IMG/VR virus record: IMGVR_UViG_3300011445_000020
Location: 81-64,080 of that record
DNA from: a virus
Lineage: Duplodnaviria > Caudoviricetes
Reading direction: 5' to 3' (one strand)
DNA: 64,000 nt
Positions 36,681 to 46,275 of this stretch are shown here, piece by piece (position 1 is the stretch's first letter; the number at the start of each line of letters is the position of its first letter). A model generated the notes under the pieces. That model had not been told where the DNA came from and made no database searches. It saw nothing but the letters and a program-made list of their open reading frames with translations. Both the position numbers and the translations under genes were made by a program.

Positions 36681-37427
36681 ATGGGTCCAGCCATCGCAAT
36701 GGCAGCCCCCTACGTCCTCCAGGGCCTCAGTGCCCTCGGGGGAGTGTTCGGGAAGAAAAAGAAGTACATGGACAACGAGACTCTGCGCGCTCTCTATGGA
36801 CCGCAGGCGATCGGGAAGGACACACAAGAGATCGCGAACTTCATCCTCAACTCGCCCTACGGCCAACAGCTTATGGCACAGGCAGCCGAAGCTGGTCAGG
36901 GTCTACAGACGGAGATGGCCTCGCGCGCAGCGAGTGCCGGATTGAGTCCGGACACCGGTGGCGAGTCTGGCGCGTCAACGTTCGCTACAAGCGCTGCTAC
37001 GCAGGCACAGACCGGCTTGGAGCGCCAAACGAGGGCGGGCATCTACCAGTCGGCTATGCCGATTGCGGGCGATCTCGTCCAAGGGCGGATGGCTGCGGCG
37101 CTGAATGCTCAGGGCGAACAGAACGCAACTCCGAACTTCATGCAGCGTCTTGGTGCAGCCGCAGGACAGACTGCTGCCTCTCTCGCTGCGCCTTCCCCGG
37201 CTCCTGTAACTGCTCAGCCAGCAGCAGCAGCATCTGCTCTTGCAATGCCTCGTCTTGCTTCGAACGGTGGAGCGCCCCAACTGCCGTACGGGATGGCTCC
37301 ACAGCCGGCGCTTGTCGGGGGAACCCGTCCTGCACCTGACGAGTTTTCGTCGCAGCCCCGGATGTTCTCGGCGCTCTCTGGTCGTAACTCGCGCAGCGCG
37401 GGCATGCGGCGCAGTCTTAGTCGGTAA
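36681..37427 (+). CDS. Putative DNA ejection/pilot protein
   Basis: Ala/Gly/Gln-rich with amphipathic N-terminus (LGGVFGKKKK). Confidence 0.55.
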   Translation: MGPAIAMAAPYVLQGLSALGGVFGKKKKYMDNETLRALYGPQAIGKDTQEIANFILNSPYGQQLMAQAAEAGQGLQTEMASRAASAGLSPDTGGESGASTFATSAATQAQTGLERQTRAGIYQSAMPIAGDLVQGRMAAALNAQGEQNATPNFMQRLGAAAGQTAASLAAPSPAPVTAQPAAAASALAMPRLASNGGAPQLPYGMAPQPALVGGTRPAPDEFSSQPRMFSALSGRNSRSAGMRRSLSR

Positions 37428-37436
37428 GGAGGTCAC

Positions 37437-38429
37437 ATGAGTTTTCTCGATATCATCAAGCGTGGTGCAGGTACTGCGGCACGAGGCGTAGGCGACGTGA
37501 TGAAGTCTGTCGTCAAGCCGGAGGAGCAGGCCGTCGCTGAGCCCGCATCTGAGCCACAGGATCGTCCGTCACAGGGCTTCACGCTCCCTGACCTCGATCC
37601 GAATGACGAAGATTACGAGCATCGTCAGCAGATTCACGACGCGATCATGAACCTCGACAAGCAGTGGCAGACGGCGATGCCGAACATCGACTACCAGGGG
37701 CACTACCGGAAGCTCGCCGAGGAGATGAAGAAGGAGCCGAAGAAGCGGGAGTGGAATGCACTCTCGAAGCTCGCGGTCGCCCTCGGTACGCAGAACCCTG
37801 ACCGTCCATACGACCAGAACCTCGGGCTCGCCAAGATGGACGAGACGGCGGAGAAGGAGCGCGCTGATAAGCAGAAGTCGTTCGACGAGAACATGGCTCT
37901 ACGGAAGGAGGCCCTCGGGGGCCACATCCGACAGCTTCTCGACGAAGGCAAGTTCCGACAGGCGCTCTCGCAGTTGAACGCGCAGGAACAAATGGGCGTC
38001 AGCAGCGAACGGTTCAAGTCGAAGATGAAGCAAGAAGAACTGAAGGTCCAGGGTGACACGAAAAAGGACGTCGCTCGTATCCAGGCGGACGCAGCGATGT
38101 CACGAGCGAATGCTCGCATCACCTACCTCAAGGAACAGACCGGTAAGCTGAAGCTCTCGCCGTCCGATAAGGCCGCGATGGATGCCGAGTTCCGTCAGGC
38201 GCAGAGTCACCTCAACGAGATCAAGAAGCAGTGGCAGGAAGGCATGCTCTCTGACGAGCAGGTCGAAGTTGCCGAGGAAGAGAACCGTCAGGAACTCAAG
38301 CGCATCCACGACTACTACGAGGACCGCGAACTCGGTGAACGACCACCAGAGGCAGGTCCACGCAAGCCGACTGCAAAAGCCTCGGGTGGAATGGCACCGA
38401 ATCCTGAGGACCCCTGGTTCAAGAAATAA
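37437..38429 (+). CDS. Putative internal virion protein (coiled coil)
   Basis: Charged helical composition, synteny. Confidence 0.55.
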   Translation: MSFLDIIKRGAGTAARGVGDVMKSVVKPEEQAVAEPASEPQDRPSQGFTLPDLDPNDEDYEHRQQIHDAIMNLDKQWQTAMPNIDYQGHYRKLAEEMKKEPKKREWNALSKLAVALGTQNPDRPYDQNLGLAKMDETAEKERADKQKSFDENMALRKEALGGHIRQLLDEGKFRQALSQLNAQEQMGVSSERFKSKMKQEELKVQGDTKKDVARIQADAAMSRANARITYLKEQTGKLKLSPSDKAAMDAEFRQAQSHLNEIKKQWQEGMLSDEQVEVAEEENRQELKRIHDYYEDRELGERPPEAGPRKPTAKASGGMAPNPEDPWFKK

Positions 38430-38438
38430 GGAGGACAC

Positions 38439-41400
38439 GTGGCGTACGAAGATCGCCTAAACGAGTATCGCGAGAAGACCTATTGGCCCGAATATCATCG
38501 CCACGTTGCTGGACAGATGCGGAAGCTCTACCCCGCAATCCCGGCCGATGCGAAGGACGACGAGGTGGTTACTCGCTACAAGCAGGCATTCGCCTCTGAC
38601 ATGTCCGACGAGGATTTCTACACGAAACTCGGGGACACGTACGCCAAGGGGTGGGAACCGTCCGTAAAGGAGCCCGATATGAACCTGCTCGAACAAGGGC
38701 AGGCGGTACTTCCGCAGGTGCCAGGGATGGCGAAGGACATGGCACTCGCCACTGTCCCGTTCCTCGGCGCAGCCGGCGCGCAGGCGCTCACGAAGGTGCC
38801 CGGTGTCGGCCAGGGCCTCATGGCTGCAACCAGCGGCGTGAAGATGCTCGGTCAGCACATGGCCGGTACGAGCCTGGAGAAAACCGCGCAGGCGATGCCG
38901 CAGCCAGACGTAGCCTCTCTCCGCGCCAAGGGTTACAGCCCCGCACAGATTCAGAACGTTCTCCGTGGGTACTCGCAGGTGCAGAGCGAACTCTACGGTG
39001 AGATGGGTCAGATCGGGAAGGAAGGCGTCGAGACGGGCGCGGAAGCGATCGCTAACGCAGCCCTCTTCGGCGCAACCGGGAAGACCCTCAGCAAGGTCGG
39101 AGAAGGACTGACCGCGAGGGGTCTCGGTAAGGCGGGAATGAAGTCGCTCACAGGACAGGTCGCCGGTCAGGCAACAGGACACGTCGTGAGCGGCGCCGGG
39201 CTCGGGGCCGGATTCGGCGCGATCCAACAGGCAACTGAACGGATGGCCGAGGCGAAGGAGAAGGGCCTCGGTGCCAACGACATCCTAACCGAAGGAATGG
39301 GTGGAGCGTGGCAAGGCGCGAAAGAAGGTGCCCTTGTAGGCGGTGTCGCTGGCGGAGTCCTCGGTGTTCCACTCGCGGGCATAACTACAACGATGGGCGC
39401 GATGCAGACTGCGTCAGCAGCACGGAAAGCTGCGGCCCAAACTGCGATCGATAACGCACGGAAGGTCAACCTCCAAAGGTTCGCTGACGAGTTTAAGCCC
39501 CATCAGCTACCTGAACGGTTCCCCGAGGACCTAGCAGCCGCTGCGGGTGACGACGCTGTCCTCGCACAGAATCTCGTCTCCGGTGTGTGGGGACCAGAGG
39601 TCGCATCTTCCGAGGACGGAATGCGCGCCGCCTCGCGTGTGTATGAGAAAATCGTTGCGTGGAGGGGTACTCGGGATCGCATCTCAGGCAGTATGATCGA
39701 TCTACCTGTTCCGAAAGTCGAGCCCGGACCGTCACTGACGCCAACGCTCACTCCCGAGCAGCAGATGATGGGGCTACAGCCAACGGCACAGTCCCCACTG
39801 CCACCAGGACAGCAGGTAGTTCCGCCAGTTCCTGGGCTCGAACCGGTGGCTTCCGGCCCGGTGGCCGCAGGTGGACCAGGGCCACAACCAAACGTCGTGG
39901 ACACGTACCAACCGACGCCGATGATGCAGCCAGTTCCTCCACCACAAGTTCCACAGATGCCAGAGGTGCAGCCCGTAGGGGCAGCCATCCCTGAGCAAGT
40001 TCCTGCACCAGTTGCAATCGAACCGCTACCTCCCATCGCGCCACCAGCCGAGGGCACACCGGGTCCGCCGCTCGGTCCAGTTGAGACAGGTGGACAACCT
40101 ATCGCACCAGAACCAGAGATCAATCCGAAAGTTCTGCATCTCCCAACGCACGCAGAGCATGCGATCGAGAAGCTCGGCCCCCAAGAGAACATCTCTCTTA
40201 CGGTGGGTCCCGACGGTCGTACTCTGCGTGTGGAGAAGCTCGGGGTCACGGCAGGCACACTGGCGAAGCCCGGTGCATCTTCGAAGGCTATCGCTAACGT
40301 CAGCGCCATCGCCGATGAAGCTGGTCTCTCGGTAGAAGCACGTGTGATCCCGCAGGCCGGACCTCGTGGGGGGGAGATTCCTCTCGACAAGCTAGTCCCG
40401 TGGTACGAACAGCATGGCTTCAAAGTTGTGGAACGAGGCGAAGACTTTGCAGTTGTTCGTCGTGAGCCTTCCCTCGGGGCTGTGATGAAACGGATCGAAA
40501 ATCTCGATCCACTTCAGGCCGAAACCGCAGCAGGCAACGTGACGCTCGGACAACCGCTAGTCAAGGCCGAGTTCGGTACAAAGCTCACCCAGTTCTTGGA
40601 GAAGCAGGCAGAGGCAGCACGGACCCGGATTAAAGACCGTGGCGTGCGTCTCGGTGCCGGCCTCGATCCAACTGAACTCGCTGATCATGCAATCGTCGTC
40701 GCCGCTGAGATGTTTACGAAGGGCATGCGCACGAAGTCGGCCGTCAGCCGTTGGCTGGTCGAGACCTATGGAGAGCATATCCAGCCACACATTGACGCGA
40801 TCTATGAGAGGGCGCAGAAGCGTTTGACTACCATGTTCAAGACCGAAGCTCGCGCAGCGACCAAGCTGAAGGAGCTTACTGCTCTCCGGGATGCCGGCAA
40901 GCACGGTGCGGACTGGTACGAGGAGACTGCAAACTGGGTTCGCAAGGAGTTCGGCCCTGAAGATTCTGACATGTTCCTCCGCTTCCTCGCTCTCACGAGC
41001 GCGGATAGCTCGACGGAAGCTGGCGCTGCCCTCGCTCTGAAGGCGTTCGGCCAGTGGAAGCAGGGGCTTCCGTTCGACGGGATGCGTGGACCACACATGG
41101 TGAAGATGGCTGAGTCGGCTGTCCGGGGTGAAGATTTCGGCAGCAACAAGATTCAGAGCTTCTACAGGGCGCTCCGTGGTGACGAAGACGCCGTAGTGCT
41201 CGATCGCTGGATGATCCGGGCGCTTGGTCTTCCCGCCTCGACGACCGCACTCAAGGGTGCGAACTATGGACTCTACGAGCGGATTGTTCGCAACCTCGCT
41301 GCCGATGCCAACATGACGCCACGCCAACTCCAGGCTGCGATCTGGGAGGGTGCACGAGTCGGTGATCTACACAATCGGTGGAAGAAGGGCGGACCCAAGG

Positions 41401-42029
41401 CTGTCTCTAAGGTCGGCTCAGCACGCCCGCTGGAACAGTTACTTCAGCGTGAGTTCGATGGGATGACACCGTACCAGTGGGTCGAGCGTAATCGTATCCG
41501 TCTGGACGATCTCGCGAACATGTCGGAAGGGATGAAGGTTGCGAAGGAGCAGGGAGGCTACTCGTTCAACCCGAAGACGTGGAAGGCAGATGAACGGCCG
41601 GGCTTCGTTGTCACTCTCGCAAGTGACGTCGTCCCGCGCCAGGAGTTCTACCCTGCGGCCCTGACCAAGTTCAAGAACCAGTTTCGCCGCATCCTCGCTG
41701 ATGAGAGTGGGCTGAACATCGGCGTCTTCGACATGGGCGAGAACAAGCCCGGCCACTTTAGTGTGGACCTGAACATGATCATCCCTGACGGACCGGGGGC
41801 TCGTGAGAAGGCGATCGCTCTCGGCAAGATGAACCGACAGTTCCAAGTTGGCCGCATCAGCCCTGAGGGATTCGAAGGTATCGATACCGGCTACAATCCA
41901 AAGAAGCATGGGCCACAGTACCTTCCACCCCAGAGTGGGCAGGATCGGACGAAGTGGTTCCGAGCCGCCGAGCAACGCGCACGACAACTGCTCGATTCTG
42001 TTTCGTTCAAGCTCACACCCAAGGAGTAA
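38439..42029 (+). CDS. Large multidomain (polyvalent) internal virion protein
   Basis: Gly/Ala hydrophobic region, Pro-rich linker, GNAT-like domain (LVPWYEQHGF), glycosylase-like domain (DWY...KIQSF...VVLDRWM.RA...QLQAAIW). Confidence 0.7.
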   Translation: MAYEDRLNEYREKTYWPEYHRHVAGQMRKLYPAIPADAKDDEVVTRYKQAFASDMSDEDFYTKLGDTYAKGWEPSVKEPDMNLLEQGQAVLPQVPGMAKDMALATVPFLGAAGAQALTKVPGVGQGLMAATSGVKMLGQHMAGTSLEKTAQAMPQPDVASLRAKGYSPAQIQNVLRGYSQVQSELYGEMGQIGKEGVETGAEAIANAALFGATGKTLSKVGEGLTARGLGKAGMKSLTGQVAGQATGHVVSGAGLGAGFGAIQQATERMAEAKEKGLGANDILTEGMGGAWQGAKEGALVGGVAGGVLGVPLAGITTTMGAMQTASAARKAAAQTAIDNARKVNLQRFADEFKPHQLPERFPEDLAAAAGDDAVLAQNLVSGVWGPEVASSEDGMRAASRVYEKIVAWRGTRDRISGSMIDLPVPKVEPGPSLTPTLTPEQQMMGLQPTAQSPLPPGQQVVPPVPGLEPVASGPVAAGGPGPQPNVVDTYQPTPMMQPVPPPQVPQMPEVQPVGAAIPEQVPAPVAIEPLPPIAPPAEGTPGPPLGPVETGGQPIAPEPEINPKVLHLPTHAEHAIEKLGPQENISLTVGPDGRTLRVEKLGVTAGTLAKPGASSKAIANVSAIADEAGLSVEARVIPQAGPRGGEIPLDKLVPWYEQHGFKVVERGEDFAVVRREPSLGAVMKRIENLDPLQAETAAGNVTLGQPLVKAEFGTKLTQFLEKQAEAARTRIKDRGVRLGAGLDPTELADHAIVVAAEMFTKGMRTKSAVSRWLVETYGEHIQPHIDAIYERAQKRLTTMFKTEARAATKLKELTALRDAGKHGADWYEETANWVRKEFGPEDSDMFLRFLALTSADSSTEAGAALALKAFGQWKQGLPFDGMRGPHMVKMAESAVRGEDFGSNKIQSFYRALRGDEDAVVLDRWMIRALGLPASTTALKGANYGLYERIVRNLAADANMTPRQLQAAIWEGARVGDLHNRWKKGGPKAVSKVGSARPLEQLLQREFDGMTPYQWVERNRIRLDDLANMSEGMKVAKEQGGYSFNPKTWKADERPGFVVTLASDVVPRQEFYPAALTKFKNQFRRILADESGLNIGVFDMGENKPGHFSVDLNMIIPDGPGAREKAIALGKMNRQFQVGRISPEGFEGIDTGYNPKKHGPQYLPPQSGQDRTKWFRAAEQRARQLLDSVSFKLTPKE

Positions 42030-42032
42030 TCC

Positions 42033-44585
42033 ATGCCTAACGTCCGACCAATCTTCAAGAGCATCTTGGAGGCTGTCGAAGCGGCGAAGAAGCCGCATAT
42101 CGAGCTGCCTGCCAAGCCACCGATCGTGGAGCGCGCGCCCGGGGCTCCCTTCCCCGGACCCGCTCCCGTCCGTGAGGCTGTCCGTGCTACGGAGAATCGG
42201 GCGGCGGAAACCACTGGTGAGAAGATCATGGGTATCCGTAAGCTGATGGAGTCCTTCGTGCGTCCTGATCCGGGCGTCTCGAAACCGGTAGAGGAGACGA
42301 TGTTCAAGGGACGCTGGCGGTCTCGTGCAGCGCAAGACGTCGCCGACCTCGATCTCTCCGACTGGTACAGCCCGCTTCAGAAAGACCCGATCAATCAGAA
42401 CACGTTGATCAGCGATTACATGACGGCTGCGGATGAAATCGCCCAGGCTGAACGCTACGGAAAGGATCGCATCCGTGATATCCACATTGACCTCTGGAAG
42501 AACACGCTAAACAAGCTCCAGGAACAAGTCGATGCGGACCCCGAGGTACAACAGGCGATCACGAAGATTCGTTCTGGCCTCGATGAACAGTTCGAAGATA
42601 TGGCGGCTCGTGGATGGATCGCACAGGATCGCTACCTCAATGATTACACGCCAATCCGTCGTCTTAACGCGACGGTGCAGGCGCTTGCCGGTTACATCGG
42701 TGAGGACCCAGATGCGATGAAGAGTCGTATCCTGGCACAGCAGATGAAGCGTCAGGGCGGAAGTGCCCCCCGCGAGACTGATCTGCCCGCTCTCCTACGT
42801 GGAGTGCGTCAGGAATACCTGTCTAAGGTCGCCGAACACGAAGCGTTCCTCGATCTTCTCAGTAACCCCGAAGTCAACCTCACCGAAAAGTTCATCATGC
42901 AGGACGGCCGCATCAGCGAACACCTCCCTACGAACCTGCGCGTTGTCCGCCCAGGCCCTGGGATGTTTGGAGCCACGCTGCGCACACCCGAGGGATCGTT
43001 CCTCGACGCGAGCCTGAAAGCTCTCGACCCGTCGGGCCGAGTGAACGTAGGCGGCTACGTGTTCCCAGAAGCTGTCGCCGACGCCGTTGCCAACTTCCAT
43101 CCTCGTCAGCCGAAGGGTTTGGAGAAGTCGGTCTACGGGCACGCGATGAGCCTGATGAAGAATCTGACCGTCTACAACCCACGGAACACGAACGTCAACC
43201 GCGTCGGTGATCTGCTCACTTCAATGTTCTTCCCCGGTGAGGGCAAGGCGCAGCCAGTGGGCATCCTCCGCTGGATGGGTAAGGCGAATGAAGCTGGCTA
43301 CAAGGGGGCCTTCAACAAGGGGCGCGTGATCGTTGAACTCCACGGCAAGAAAGTGGACCTCTTCGATCAGGCAGTCCGTGACGGGCTCACCTCAGGCACG
43401 CTCGCCGAGCATCTTGCCGGCACCGATATGGCACTCCCCCCTGAACTCGCGCGGCTCTACCCGCACGTGGATGCGAATCGTGCAAACTGGCTCGACAGTG
43501 CAAAGCGTACGCTCCAGGCGGATCGTCTTGCTACCGAAGTGGCTCCGAGGATCGCGGCTGGCCTGGAGGCTGTGGAGCGTACTGGTGACTGGGCGCAGTT
43601 CGGAAAAGTCGGCCGTGACATCACGTTCCGTTACGGAGCAGGTGCCCCGCGTGCTGCCAACTTCCCCATCGTTAAGATGATGGACCCGTTCATCCAGTAC
43701 ATGGGACTCGCGACACAGCGGTTCCTGGAGATGTCGAACGCGAAAGCAGCCGGCCCCAAAGCGCGAGTTCTCCTCGGGCTCTCAGCCGTGCCCTTCGCGA
43801 TGTGGAAGTGGAACACGCAGAACGACTCGTACAAGCAGGTCGAGGATTCCCTCGCGCGGGCGGAACGTAACCTACCCCACATCATCCTCGGATCGTTCGA
43901 TGACCCAGGCGTTCCGCAGCGTGACGTCGATGGCAACCCTGTCGTCCTCCGCTTCAAGTATCTGATCCCCGAGCAGGTCGCTGCAATGGCCGGGCTCGCA
44001 CAGGCACCAGGACGCGCAGCCCGTGTCCTCCAGGGCCGAGATACACCGATGCAGTTCGTGAAGGACACAGGCGAGCAGGCGAAGAAGAGTGTAGGCGACA
44101 TGCTCGTGCTCCCGACGATGCTGAAGGAAGCGATCAGTGGGAAATCCGACCTCACCGGGAAGGAGATGTCTCCGACCGACTGGGTGAACCGAGTTCTACC
44201 GATCTCACGTATCGGCACTAAGGCTGTGGAGCGTGGTCAGACGTACGGACCAGCCGAGGGAGCAAAGACTCTCGTTACCGAAACGACCGGCGCATCGTTC
44301 ATCAAGGGCCGGCACAAGGGCGCTGCTCTCCTCGACGCAGACGTGAAGGACGCTGAACGTGTGCTGAATGACGCGAAGGCGAGCCTCCGTTGGTCGATGA
44401 AAAACGGGACTCCGAAGCAGGTACGGGAAGCACGCGAGAAGGTCACAAAAGCACAAGCGGAACGTGCGCGCCTCATGAAGGCAGTCCGCGAGGAGCGTGC
44501 GCAAGGCTACAAACCACCAGCGCCAAACATCGCGGCCCACAAAACTCGCATGCAAGCGAACCGTGAAGCTGCCCAGGAGAAGTAA
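42033..44585 (+). CDS. Large internal virion/ejection protein (LPD38-like C-half)
   Basis: E...R...RDITFRYG...PFI pattern; last virion gene. Confidence 0.55.
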   Translation: MPNVRPIFKSILEAVEAAKKPHIELPAKPPIVERAPGAPFPGPAPVREAVRATENRAAETTGEKIMGIRKLMESFVRPDPGVSKPVEETMFKGRWRSRAAQDVADLDLSDWYSPLQKDPINQNTLISDYMTAADEIAQAERYGKDRIRDIHIDLWKNTLNKLQEQVDADPEVQQAITKIRSGLDEQFEDMAARGWIAQDRYLNDYTPIRRLNATVQALAGYIGEDPDAMKSRILAQQMKRQGGSAPRETDLPALLRGVRQEYLSKVAEHEAFLDLLSNPEVNLTEKFIMQDGRISEHLPTNLRVVRPGPGMFGATLRTPEGSFLDASLKALDPSGRVNVGGYVFPEAVADAVANFHPRQPKGLEKSVYGHAMSLMKNLTVYNPRNTNVNRVGDLLTSMFFPGEGKAQPVGILRWMGKANEAGYKGAFNKGRVIVELHGKKVDLFDQAVRDGLTSGTLAEHLAGTDMALPPELARLYPHVDANRANWLDSAKRTLQADRLATEVAPRIAAGLEAVERTGDWAQFGKVGRDITFRYGAGAPRAANFPIVKMMDPFIQYMGLATQRFLEMSNAKAAGPKARVLLGLSAVPFAMWKWNTQNDSYKQVEDSLARAERNLPHIILGSFDDPGVPQRDVDGNPVVLRFKYLIPEQVAAMAGLAQAPGRAARVLQGRDTPMQFVKDTGEQAKKSVGDMLVLPTMLKEAISGKSDLTGKEMSPTDWVNRVLPISRIGTKAVERGQTYGPAEGAKTLVTETTGASFIKGRHKGAALLDADVKDAERVLNDAKASLRWSMKNGTPKQVREAREKVTKAQAERARLMKAVREERAQGYKPPAPNIAAHKTRMQANREAAQEK

Positions 44586-44586
44586 C

Positions 44587-44826
44587 ATGGCCAACGTCGT
44601 CACTCCCCCGTGGATGATGAAAGTACTCGTCACCACGTTGATCACAGCAGCAGTCGCGGGTGCCTTCGGTTGGGCGCGCAGCACTTCGATCGCGGACACT
44701 CGTCAAGATACAGCAATCGAGGTTCTCAAGTCTACACAGGAGAATGTAGATGAGGACATCGACGACATCAAAGCTACGCTCCGTCGGATCGAGGACAAAA
44801 TCGACCGGGCGTTGGAGGCAAAGTAA
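44587..44826 (+). CDS. TM + coiled-coil protein (lysis accessory-like)
   Basis: N-terminal TM, LRRIEDKIDR. Confidence 0.6.
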   Translation: MANVVTPPWMMKVLVTTLITAAVAGAFGWARSTSIADTRQDTAIEVLKSTQENVDEDIDDIKATLRRIEDKIDRALEAK

Positions 44827-45233
44827 TGGCTCTACCCATCATCGGGTCGATCGTTAGCATCGTCGAGAAGGTGATCGACAAGGCGCTCCCCGACCCACAA
44901 GCGAAGGCCGCTGCGATTCTCGAACTCAAGAAGTTGGAGATGAGTGGGGACCTCGCAGTCATCACGAACCAGTCGGAGATTAACAAGCTTGACGCAGTCA
45001 GTCAGGACCGGTTCCAGAGCCGCTGGCGGCCGTTCATCGGGTGGGTTTGCGGTCTCGCGCTCGCTTCCCAACTGATCCTCTTCCCGATGGTCGAGTACGT
45101 GTCTGCTCTCGCTGGCCATCCAACGAAGCCGCCCGTGCTGGAAACTGAATTGCTCACGGGTATGGTCATCTCGATGCTCGGTATCGGCGGTATGCGCTCG
45201 TTCGATAAGCAGAGCATGAAGGGGGTGAAGTAA
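44826..45233 (+). CDS. Holin (GTA 3TM holin family)
   Basis: IDK..PDP, RWRPFIGWVCG, MLGIGGMRSFDK. Confidence 0.85.
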   Translation: MALPIIGSIVSIVEKVIDKALPDPQAKAAAILELKKLEMSGDLAVITNQSEINKLDAVSQDRFQSRWRPFIGWVCGLALASQLILFPMVEYVSALAGHPTKPPVLETELLTGMVISMLGIGGMRSFDKQSMKGVK

Positions 45234-45584
45234 TGCCAAACAAACGGAGCAATCCTACGGAGCGACGCAAGTCTGCCGATTCGATGCTCGTCATCCGTGG
45301 ATCGAAAGATATCAAGAAACCTACAGAGAAGGAGATTCAAGCGATGAAGAATCGTGAGTTCATGCGCAAGAATCCGAACACAAATGCGTAAGGACGTCAG
45401 ACGCAAACCACGCAGGAAGCGTTTCGGAGATGGCTACTATGTTCGATGATGTCAACTCAGGTAGTAGCAGTACAGCTTCAACAACGAACCCAGTCCTACT
45501 CGCTGCGTTCAACGTCTTCTGGTTCATGACGGTGGGCTGGCTCTTGTGGGACGAGATCGAGTAACCCCAACCAAGAGGTATCAC

Positions 45585-45710
45585 ATGAGTCTGATGTTCG
45601 GAATGTTTCTCGGCTTCGTTGCCGGCGTGTTCCTCACGCAGACGTGGCGTGACTACATCAAGGAGTTGTTCCGGCTCCTGTTCGAGAAGTTGAAAGCGAA
45701 GCTCCGGTAA
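45585..45710 (+). CDS. Small membrane protein
   Basis: GAGG RBS; MSLMFGMFLGFVAGVFLTQTW... Confidence 0.5.
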   Translation: MSLMFGMFLGFVAGVFLTQTWRDYIKELFRLLFEKLKAKLR

Positions 45711-45715
45711 ACACA

Positions 45716-45750
45716 GAAAGCCCCCTACCTCGTGAGAGATAGGGGGCTTC
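45716..45750. terminator. Terminator where the two arms converge
   Basis: GAAAGCCCCCTACCTC-GTGA-GAGATAGGGGGCTTC. Confidence 0.8.
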
Positions 45751-45756
45751 GTCGTA

Positions 45757-45827
45757 TTCGGAAGGCAGGATTCGAACCTGCATGTCGCCCATTGAATAGG
45801 GTCGCCTTACCTGTTGGCTACTTCCGA
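45757..45827 (-). tRNA. Atypical tRNA, apparent anticodon UCA (opal-reading), weak anticodon stem, no encoded CCA
   Basis: TCGGAAG/CTTCCGA acceptor, GCC-AACAGGTAA-GGC D arm, loop ATTCAAT, GCAGG-TTCGAAT-CCTGC. Confidence 0.6.
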
Positions 45828-45830
45828 ACA

Positions 45831-45905
45831 TGGGGTGACGGCCGGAAGTCGCATCCGGTAAAGGAGCTTCACAGGCTCCCAGTTCCACTCTTCACTCTCC
45901 GTCAC
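45831..45905 (-). tRNA. tRNA-His(GUG) with atypical T loop
   Basis: GTGACGG/CCGTCAC-C-CCA; GGAGC-CTGTGAA-GCTCC; T loop TGCGACT. Confidence 0.75.
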
Positions 45906-45912
45906 AGCGTAA

Positions 45913-46017
45913 GGCGCAGGGCCGGAGTCGAACCGGAATGGCCGGGCACTAGTACAGGTGCTCCGACTATCTCTCTGTACAGGGCAGGCACGCCACAAGC
46001 CTGCTTCCGCTGCTGCC
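45913..46017 (-). ncRNA. Expanded tRNA-like RNA (~105 nt)
   Basis: CCGG-TTCGACT-CCGG T arm, bulged acceptor-like stem, GCAGGC/GCCTGC arm, long hairpin with CTGTACTA loop. Confidence 0.5.
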
Positions 46018-46024
46018 ACAAATC

Positions 46025-46111
46025 TGGTGAGTGTGGTAGGGATCGAACCTACCGTCGCCCGTAAGCGGCCGGAGTTACAGTCCGGTGCACCACCTTTGGT
46101 GCGTCACACTC
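46025..46111 (-). tRNA. tRNA-Tyr(GUA)
   Basis: GAGTGTG/CACACTC-A-CCA, CCGGA-CTGTAAC-TCCGG, long variable arm. Confidence 0.9.
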
Positions 46112-46115
46112 TTTA

Positions 46116-46192
46116 ACACCTGACAGAGGATTCGAACCTCCCGACCCGACTAACCCGTGCACGGTGTCGCAGTAACATCCAGTTCCAGGTGT
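46116..46192 (-). ncRNA. Degenerate tRNA-like RNA (possible GCA loop)
   Basis: ACACCTG/CAGGTGT ends, GGAGG-TTCGAAT-CCTCT T arm, poor D and anticodon arms, no CCA. Confidence 0.45.
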
Positions 46193-46196
46193 ATTT

Positions 46197-46275
46197 TGGT
46201 TGGGGAGGCGGGATTCGAACCCGCGTTCTCCTGCGTCCAAGGCAGGCGGTGTAGACCAGACTCACCTACTCCCCA
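46197..46275 (-). tRNA. tRNA-Pro(UGG)
   Basis: TGGGGAG/CTCCCCA-A-CCA; CCTGC-CTTGGAC-GCAGG; overlaps the stop codon of the upstream gene. Confidence 0.9.

Noticed and set aside
39700-40130. Pro-rich low-complexity stretch as a DNA repeat element
   Set aside because: It is a coding linker of the large virion protein with no exact tandem unit
45750-46275. Theta/HDV-like ribozymes after the tRNAs
   Set aside because: Spacers between elements are only a few nucleotides and the last element runs into the terminator
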